In this document: positions 1 through 6,158 of the stretch, in pieces
Position numbering within the stretch: the stretch's first letter is position 1
Layout: the number at the start of each line of letters is the position of its first letter
NCBI GenBank assembly: GCA_016235455.1
Contig: JACRKZ010000084.1
Span: 1-11,756, forward strand
DNA: 11,756 nucleotides
Direction of reading: 5' to 3'
Source of the DNA: Armatimonadota bacterium
GTDB taxonomy: Bacteria > Armatimonadota > UBA10988
Translations under genes and position numbers: made by a program
The notes under the pieces: model-generated
Databases searched by the model: none
What the model saw: only the letters and a program-made list of their open reading frames with translations
Told to the model about the DNA's origin: nothing

Positions 1-316
1 GCCCGTTGTTGAAGTGGATCACGTCGTAGCGGTACTCGCCCAGCACGAAGTCGAGCGCCTTCAGATAGCTCGCATCGCTGACGCACTTGCTCGACGCCCA
101 GTAGCCCACATACGCTGCTCCCTTGAGGTGGGCGGTGACGTTGGACTGGTAGCCGTTGGTGATGCTGTCGCCGATGAGCAGCACGCGCGGCAGGTCGGTC
201 GAGGTGGCGTTGTTCCACCACATGTTGGACCACTCGGTGCCCTCGCGCTGGCGAGCAGCCTGCGCTCCGAGCGAGCAGGCGAGCAGGGCGGCGAGAGCGA
301 GGCGGCTGGCGGTCAT
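1..316 (-). CDS. SGNH/GDSL-family hydrolase (putative secreted esterase), partial; runs off the window start
   Basis: Hand translation from ATG at 316-314: MTASRLALAALLACSLGAQAARQREGTEWSNMWWNNATSTDLPRVLLIGDSITNGYQSNVTAHLKGAAYVGYWASSKCVSDASYLKALDFVLGEYRYDVIHFNNG. Block I RVLLIGDSIT and block III YDVIHFNNG of the SGNH family, N-terminal signal peptide ending AQA, SD-like AAAGGAAG upstream, high GC3. Absent from the ORF track because no stop lies in the window. Confidence 0.92.
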   Translation of the reverse strand, partial: MTASRLALAALLACSLGAQAARQREGTEWSNMWWNNATSTDLPRVLLIGDSITNGYQSNVTAHLKGAAYVGYWASSKCVSDASYLKALDFVLGEYRYDVIHFNNG

Positions 317-337
317 GGCGGGCTTCCTTTGGCTGGG

Positions 338-346
338 AGGATAGCA
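338..346 (-). promoter_or_regulatory. Putative extended -10 promoter (TGcTATCCT) for the SGNH gene
   Basis: Minus strand reads TG-C-TATCCT at 346..338, about 22 nt upstream of the ATG; matches TGnTAnnnT in an otherwise very GC-rich spacer. Confidence 0.5.
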
Positions 347-496
347 CATTCGCGCCGACCCGCTGCCGACAGGGCGCGAGTCAGACAGCGGGGCGGCCCG
401 CTGCATGGCGCCGCGCGCCCGAGCAACGCGCGACCGGCCCGGCCATCTCGGCAGAGCCACGGCACGCTCGCCCCCGCGCCAGCCGGACCCACCGAG

Positions 497-526
497 TTGG
501 CCACGCCCCAGGCCGCGATGTATGAT
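497..526 (+). promoter_or_regulatory. Putative sigma70-type promoter for the lipoprotein gene
   Basis: TTGGCC (497-502), 18-nt spacer, TATGAT (521-526); SD AGGGAG at 571-576 ahead of ATG 583. Confidence 0.5.
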
Positions 527-582
527 CTTACGCAGGCAAGTTCGATCATCGGTCGCGCTGCTTCGGCGGCAGGGAGACGTCC

Positions 583-3500
583 ATGAGCGAGCGCAGGCGT
601 TGGTTCCGCGTTGTCGTGGCGACGGCGATCGGGGTCGCCTTGCTGACCAGTTGTGGCAGCGGTGGCTCGGCCCACCGGCACTTGACGCTCACGAGCCAGT
701 CGGGCCGGGCCGCGCTGCCGCCCGACATGGTGCTGCGGCTCGACTCGCTCCGCGCGGGCAATGCCTTCGGCGCGGGCGCCGTGGCGGCCGATGGCGGCTT
801 CGCGGTGCGGCAACTGCCCGGCGGACCACAACTCGCCGCACTGTACAGCCCGAGCGGCAACCCGATGTTGCTGGGCTTCCTCGACGCGACGCACCCGGCC
901 GTCAACGCCCGCACCACGGCCGAAGTGCTGCTGTTCTGGGGGCTGCGCGGCTACGCGTTCCCGTTTGCCGTGCAGCAACGGCTGCTGGGCCTGTTGCGCG
1001 AGGCACCCGAAGTGGCGCCAGTGGCTACGGCGGTGGCGCAAGCCGTGGCCGCCGACCCCGACGCACTGACCAAGGCCAACGCCGCGGTCACCAACGCCCT
1101 ACGGTCCTTCGTGCAAGGCTTCGTGCCGGCGGGCCGCGCGCTGCTGGTCAACCCCGCCGAGGCCCGTAGCGGCCTGACGCTCAACCTCGACCGTGGGCTG
1201 AACACGATGCATATCACGAACGCCTACCGCCGACGCGCGAAGGTGTGGGTCGACCAGGTGTCGTACGTGCGCGAGTCGGACAACCAGGTGGTGCAGGAGC
1301 TCAAGCCGCTGGGCGATCCATTCGAGGTGCGCGCCACGGCCGGTGTGGGCGGCGGCTTTGTGGCCACGCTGGCCGACATCGTCCAGGGCACCTACGCCTA
1401 CGTGCCCACCAACACCGAAGCACTGCGCCTGCCGCTGGCGCCGGGCAGCAAGCAGACCACGTACCGCGTGGTGACCGGCGGACTGGGTGCCGGCGGCCAG
1501 GGCGACTTCGAGTCGCTCTCGGCGCAGCGCAAGTCCGATGTGCGCTACATCGGCCTGCAGGCTTTTGTGATGGACATCTATGTGCCGTTGGTGTTCAGCA
1601 TCGTCGCGCCGCTGGACGCCGGCTTCGACAACACCGCCATCTGGACTCCGGCCTCCAACAAGGACGTGTGGACCGACTTCTTCAACATGTTCCCCAGCAT
1701 GCCGGGCTTCCAGGATGCGTTCAACGCCAGCGACTACTGGACCTGCCTGAGCGTGACGCTGCAGTACCTGATCACGTCGAAGACCTTCCAGGACAAGACG
1801 ATCGGCGTGGCCATCGACTACCTCATCGAGCAGGAACTGTCCGGCCAACTGAGCCCCGCGCAGGTCACGTCCTACACCGGCTTCGTCAACGGCCTGGGCA
1901 AGGTGCTCAATGCGCTGGGCGTGGCCAACGTCATTCTGGCCGGATTCGACGAGGCAGCCGTGCTGCACGACATCTCGCTGTCCAACCTGGCCGACGTGTG
2001 GACCGTGGAGGCCACCAAGCCGCGCGTCATTCTGACCCCGCCGGAGACGACCATCGACAAGCTGGGGCTGGTCGGCCTGAGCGCGCGGGTGCCCGAATCC
2101 GAGCGCGGCGAGGGCGAGGCACCGGCCTTTGAGTACCGCTGGGCCAACACCGGCCGCGCCGGCACGCTCACCGACACCGCCGGCCACAGCGGCCAGAGCT
2201 TCGTCTCGAGCAAGCGCGACGTGGCCTACTCGGCCGACCTGGACAAGTACGACACCGACACGGTCACCGTTCAGGTCTACGAGATCAAGGGCTCGGCGCG
2301 GGAGCTGGTGGGCCAGGCCACCGCGACGGTGACCGTGGGCGCGCAGCAGGTGGAGATCGATCCAGCCGCCGCCGTGGTCGCCCCCGAAGGCACCGTCGGC
2401 TTCCAGGTGCAGGCGCCGCCGTCAAACGGCTTGACGCGTGAGTACCACTGGACCGTCGCCGGCAGTCAGGGCTACCTGCTAGGCAACACCGAGCACGACG
2501 TGGACTACACCGGGTCGGGCAACCAGATCGCCTACCGCGCCAAAGCCAACGGCAACGGCGAGGAGACGTTGCATGTCACGGTGACCGACATCGACGGAGC
2601 TCAGCGGCGTGTGGTGGGCAGCGCTGCCGCCACCATCACCGTGCGCGAGGACGCCGCCCAGGTGCTCATCCAGCCGGGCGCGCCAGAACTCAACCACGGC
2701 GACGCACAGGTACTCACCGCGTACCTCTCGCCGCCGCCCGCCGACGGCGCCACGGTGACCTGGCGCTGGACCAGCACCGGCCGCTGCGGGCAACTCGGCG
2801 CGGCCGCCGCGCGCCGCCGCGGCGAGACGCTGGAGACGACGACCAACCAGGTCACCTACACGGCCGGGCCGACGGTCGAGGGCACCGACACCGTGGTGGC
2901 CGAGGCGCTGGTGCACCGCGGCAGCACGGCCTCGCTCATCGGCCGAGGTGCCGCCACGGTCACCGTGCCGCGCAGCAACCGGCCGATCTCCTGGACGCTG
3001 ACGCCCGGCCTGCTGACCACCGGCATCCATCAGTGGACGACCTTCGCGGTGCAGCCCGACCGCACGTTGCCCTCTGGGTTGACGCCGCGCTACCGCTGGC
3101 AGGCCGGTGGCCTGCACATCTGCCTGGGCGCGGCCGCACCCACGTTGCCCATCGCCACCGTGCCGTTCGAAAGTGACCGACCCATGGTCGACGTGGTCGG
3201 CCTGTCGGTGGGCAACGGCGAGGTGATCGTCGAGATCTTCGACGGGCCGGGCAACAGCGCCAATCTGCTGGGCGAGGTCCGCGCGCAGGTCAACTGCACG
3301 GGTCCCGAGTACCCGGTGGCCGTCCGCCAGAAGAGCGAAGTCAAGAACGGCTCGTGGTCGGTCGTGGCCGAGGTGGGTGTCTTCGTGCCCAAGGTCACCC
3401 ACTACTCGCCGTCGTTCAACCTGCGCTTTCACACCCGGGGCCAGGAGAACGCCCACTACAAGGAAGGGCAACTCGAATACTGGGGCGACCCGACCGGCTT

Positions 3501-3735
3501 CATGCCGCATCCGCTGGGCTTCTGCCTGACTGGCGGCGCGAACGAGACGGGTCTCTGCCTGGCGCGGTTCTCCACCGGCGGTGTCGGCGACAGCATCCCG
3601 GGCGAGGCCACGGTGGCGCTGGCCGAGGCCGTGCAGCGTTTCGGCACCGAATACGCCGCGCTCAGCGCCGAGGCCGCGCCGACTTTCCCGGATTGGTACA
3701 ACGCCGCCATCGCCGGTGCCAGCAGGCGGCGGTAG
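583..3735 (+). CDS. Large lipoprotein (1050 aa) of unknown function with four tandem Ig-like repeats
   Basis: Long ORF with high GC3 and SD AGGGAG; signal MSERRRWFRVVVATAIGVALLTS-C with lipobox LTSC and a GSGGS linker; four ~100-aa beta-rich repeats in the C-terminal half; no catalytic motif recognised. Confidence 0.88.
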   Translation: MSERRRWFRVVVATAIGVALLTSCGSGGSAHRHLTLTSQSGRAALPPDMVLRLDSLRAGNAFGAGAVAADGGFAVRQLPGGPQLAALYSPSGNPMLLGFLDATHPAVNARTTAEVLLFWGLRGYAFPFAVQQRLLGLLREAPEVAPVATAVAQAVAADPDALTKANAAVTNALRSFVQGFVPAGRALLVNPAEARSGLTLNLDRGLNTMHITNAYRRRAKVWVDQVSYVRESDNQVVQELKPLGDPFEVRATAGVGGGFVATLADIVQGTYAYVPTNTEALRLPLAPGSKQTTYRVVTGGLGAGGQGDFESLSAQRKSDVRYIGLQAFVMDIYVPLVFSIVAPLDAGFDNTAIWTPASNKDVWTDFFNMFPSMPGFQDAFNASDYWTCLSVTLQYLITSKTFQDKTIGVAIDYLIEQELSGQLSPAQVTSYTGFVNGLGKVLNALGVANVILAGFDEAAVLHDISLSNLADVWTVEATKPRVILTPPETTIDKLGLVGLSARVPESERGEGEAPAFEYRWANTGRAGTLTDTAGHSGQSFVSSKRDVAYSADLDKYDTDTVTVQVYEIKGSARELVGQATATVTVGAQQVEIDPAAAVVAPEGTVGFQVQAPPSNGLTREYHWTVAGSQGYLLGNTEHDVDYTGSGNQIAYRAKANGNGEETLHVTVTDIDGAQRRVVGSAAATITVREDAAQVLIQPGAPELNHGDAQVLTAYLSPPPADGATVTWRWTSTGRCGQLGAAAARRRGETLETTTNQVTYTAGPTVEGTDTVVAEALVHRGSTASLIGRGAATVTVPRSNRPISWTLTPGLLTTGIHQWTTFAVQPDRTLPSGLTPRYRWQAGGLHICLGAAAPTLPIATVPFESDRPMVDVVGLSVGNGEVIVEIFDGPGNSANLLGEVRAQVNCTGPEYPVAVRQKSEVKNGSWSVVAEVGVFVPKVTHYSPSFNLRFHTRGQENAHYKEGQLEYWGDPTGFMPHPLGFCLTGGANETGLCLARFSTGGVGDSIPGEATVALAEAVQRFGTEYAALSAEAAPTFPDWYNAAIAGASRRR
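2020..3297 (+). repeat. Four diverged in-frame protein repeats (Ig/PKD-like) within the lipoprotein
   Basis: Units at about 2020-2337, 2344-2643, 2656-2967 and 2980-3297. Shared pattern: VxIxP start, Y/WxW (EYRW, EYHW, TWRW, RYRW), GxL, V/IxY, D/E-T-V/L, and a terminal VGxAxATVTV (LVGQATATVTV, VVGSAAATITV, LIGRGAATVTV, LLGEVRAQVNC). The fourth unit is the most diverged. Confidence 0.8.
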
Positions 3736-3778
3736 GCACCGACGCGACACGCGGGTTGAGCCCGACGAGGACCGAACC

Positions 3779-5998
3779 ATGAAGCAGACGCTGCTCCTCC
3801 TGTTCCTGGCGTGCGACCTCGCCGGCGCCCAAGAGCCGCTCCTCCCCAACGGCGGCTTCGAGGCGGCGAGCACCGGCCCCATGCTGGCGGCGTTGACGCC
3901 GGCGGTGCGGGAGTTCTATGGCGGCGCGGCGGACTCGCCCTTTGCCGGCTGGGCCTTTGGCGGGCGCTGGGAACGCGGCGACTACGCCGTCGCGGTCAGC
4001 GACGTGTCCCACGGCGGGCAGCGCGCCTGCCAGATGACCTGCCGGCGCAAGGGCCGCGGCGGCATCGCCAGCGCACCGCTAACGCTGCCGGCCGGCACGA
4101 CCATCGAGATCAGCGGCTGGACCAAGGGCGACGGCGCGGCCGGCGGACGGGTCTTCCTCAACCTCGAGGGCACGCCCGGCGACGGCTGGGACAGCCGCGA
4201 CCTGAAGACCGGCACCTACGACTGGAACCGCTTCGTCAAGCGCGCGACGGTGCCCGGCGAGGGGCAGCAGACGGTCATCGTCTTCCTCTACACCACCTGT
4301 GAGGGCTCGGTCTACGTAGACGACATGGCCGTGAGCATCGCCAAGGATGGCGCCGCCGCCGAGCCCGGGAGCGCGAAGCGGCCGCGGCCCATCGCCGAGC
4401 CGGCAGGCTCGCCCGGCTATCGCGTGAGCGTGGTCTCGGCGCTCGACAAGGTCTTCCGCGAGGACGACTACGCCGCGGAGCCCGTGACGCGCATCGCGCT
4501 CAGCGCCGCGCGCAATGAGGTGGAGGCGGCGCAGCTCGTGGTCGAGGCGCCGTGGCGGCCGGTGACCATCGAGCAGGTGCGCTGCTCGGACCTGCGCGGG
4601 CCCGGCGGCGCGACCGTGCCGGCCGACGCGCTGTCGTGGCAACGCGTGGACTACGTCGAGACCACGGTCACGCCGCCCTACTACACCGAGCGCGGCCTGG
4701 GCTGGTATCCCGACCCACTGCTGCCCGCCGGCCCGTTCACCGTGGCCAGGCAGTCGCGCGCGCCGCTCTGGCTGAGCCTGCGCACGCCGCGCGACTGCCC
4801 GGCCGGTGCCTACTCGGGCACGGTGACCGTGCAGGCGGCCGGCCTGCCGGCGGTCAGCCTGCCGCTGACGCTGACCGTGTGGGACTTCGCGCTGACCGAC
4901 GAGACGCACCTGCGCACGATGACCTGGCTGGGCGGCGGCGTGCTGCGCGAGTGGTATGGCCACGACTGGTCGGCCCAGGGCGAGCGTGACCACGCGGTGG
5001 TCAGGCGGCGCTACGAGGACTGCCTGCTGGCGCACCGGCTCGGGCCGGGCGGCGAGGTGGCCACCGATGTCGCGGCTGACGAGAACGGCCGGTTCGACTT
5101 CCGGCGCGTCGACGAGTCTCTCGACCGCCTGCTCCGCGGCGGCATGAACGCCTTCATCATGGGCACGGCGCCCAACCTCGGCCGGCAGAACCAGAAGGCC
5201 TACTCGCCCGAGTTCGTGGCCAAGTTCACGACCATGCTGCGGGCTTATAGCGAGCACCTGCGGGCCAAGGGCTGGCTCGACAAGGCCTATGTCTACGTCT
5301 GGGACGAGGCGCCGAAGTCGGCCTGGCCCGAGGTCAAGCGCATCGACCAGGCTATCCACGCCGCCGCGCCCAGCGTGCGCATCCTGCAATGCCTCAACGA
5401 GCCCGAAGGCGTACGTGAGTTGACCGGGTTCGCCGACGTGTTCGATGTCTATGTGGCGCAGTACCACAAGACCGGCGTGGCCGCCTCGCAGGCAAAGGGC
5501 GCCGAGGCCTGGCTGGCGGTCTGCTGCTACCCCATGGACCACCCCAACTTCTTCCTGGAGTACCCGCTGGTCGACGTCCGCGTCACCCCGTGGATCTGTT
5601 GGAAGTACAAGGCCGCCGGCTTCGAGTACTGGTCGCCCAACGCCTGGGGCGCCAACTGGCAGCGGAAGGGCGACAAGTGGCCCAAGGTGCCCTGGACCGC
5701 CAACACCTTCGGCCGCTACAACGGCGACGGCTACCTGCTCTACCCCGGTGCCGACGGCCAGCCCTACTCGTCGCTGCGCCTCGAAGCGCTGCGCGACGGG
5801 CTGGAGGACTACGAGTACCTGTGGACACTGCGCGAGCGGCTCAAGGCGCGGCCCGACAGCGTCGCGGCGGCGGCGCGTGATCTCTTGACGCTCGGGCCGG
5901 TGGTCAGCGAGGCTGGCGGCTACGCAGAGGATCACGCCGCGCTGACCCGCTACCGCGCGCGGGTGGCGGAGGCGATTGTGGCACTGGGCCGGCAGTGA
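3779..5998 (+). CDS. Secreted DUF4091-domain / GH123-like glycoside hydrolase with N-terminal CBM4/9-like domain (739 aa)
   Basis: True start is probably ATG 3779 (GAGGA SD upstream, signal peptide MKQTLLLLFLACDLAGA|QE), not 3581. CBM4_9-like hallmarks LLPNGGFE, GTYDW, GSVYVDD; GH123-type LSAARNEVEAAQLVV, YPDPL, PLWLSL..P.D..AGAYSGTVTV, LTVWDFAL; candidate catalytic pair WDE (5300-5308); DUF4091 C-terminus GDGYLLYPG...SSLRLEALRDGLEDYEYL. Confidence 0.88.
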   Translation: MKQTLLLLFLACDLAGAQEPLLPNGGFEAASTGPMLAALTPAVREFYGGAADSPFAGWAFGGRWERGDYAVAVSDVSHGGQRACQMTCRRKGRGGIASAPLTLPAGTTIEISGWTKGDGAAGGRVFLNLEGTPGDGWDSRDLKTGTYDWNRFVKRATVPGEGQQTVIVFLYTTCEGSVYVDDMAVSIAKDGAAAEPGSAKRPRPIAEPAGSPGYRVSVVSALDKVFREDDYAAEPVTRIALSAARNEVEAAQLVVEAPWRPVTIEQVRCSDLRGPGGATVPADALSWQRVDYVETTVTPPYYTERGLGWYPDPLLPAGPFTVARQSRAPLWLSLRTPRDCPAGAYSGTVTVQAAGLPAVSLPLTLTVWDFALTDETHLRTMTWLGGGVLREWYGHDWSAQGERDHAVVRRRYEDCLLAHRLGPGGEVATDVAADENGRFDFRRVDESLDRLLRGGMNAFIMGTAPNLGRQNQKAYSPEFVAKFTTMLRAYSEHLRAKGWLDKAYVYVWDEAPKSAWPEVKRIDQAIHAAAPSVRILQCLNEPEGVRELTGFADVFDVYVAQYHKTGVAASQAKGAEAWLAVCCYPMDHPNFFLEYPLVDVRVTPWICWKYKAAGFEYWSPNAWGANWQRKGDKWPKVPWTANTFGRYNGDGYLLYPGADGQPYSSLRLEALRDGLEDYEYLWTLRERLKARPDSVAAAARDLLTLGPVVSEAGGYAEDHAALTRYRARVAEAIVALGRQ

Positions 5999-6002
5999 CT
6001 CT

Positions 6003-6088
6003 TGGTGGCACCGGCCTCCTGGCCGGTGTTGGCCGAGCCGGCCACGGCGCGCCGGAGCCAATCACCGGCCGGGAGGCCGGTGCCACCA
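6003..6088. repeat. REP doublet in inverted orientation (REPIN/BIME-like element)
   Basis: Left arm 6003-6028 TGGTGGCACCGGCCTCCTGGCCGGTG and right arm 6063-6088 CACCGGCCGGGAGGCCGGTGCCACCA are 25/26 reverse-complementary. Each arm is GTGG + palindrome CACCGGCC-N4-GGCCGGTG, the GTRG-type REP layout. Intergenic, beginning just after the stop at 5998. Confidence 0.8.
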
Positions 6089-6158
6089 GTGCCTCGGTCT
6101 ACCACGGAGGATCGCCGTGCCCCGCGTCGAACCGTCGCCGGCACAGGAGCCCTAAGCC

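Noticed and set aside
14-586. 190-aa plus-strand ORF and other ORFs over 1-600
   Set aside because: Antisense shadow of the SGNH gene plus intergenic DNA; no motifs or RBS.
3304-3732. Lipoprotein C-terminal domain as a DGR variable region or polymorphic toxin tip
   Set aside because: No template repeat, reverse transcriptase, toxin motif or small downstream immunity gene in the window.
3581-3778. 66-codon N-terminal extension of the DUF4091 ORF in the track
   Set aside because: Overlaps the lipoprotein 3' end and is Arg/Pro-rich; the SD and signal peptide point to ATG 3779.
6003-6088. CRISPR repeat-spacer-repeat or IS ends
   Set aside because: The two copies are inverted rather than direct, there are only two, and no cas or transposase gene is present.
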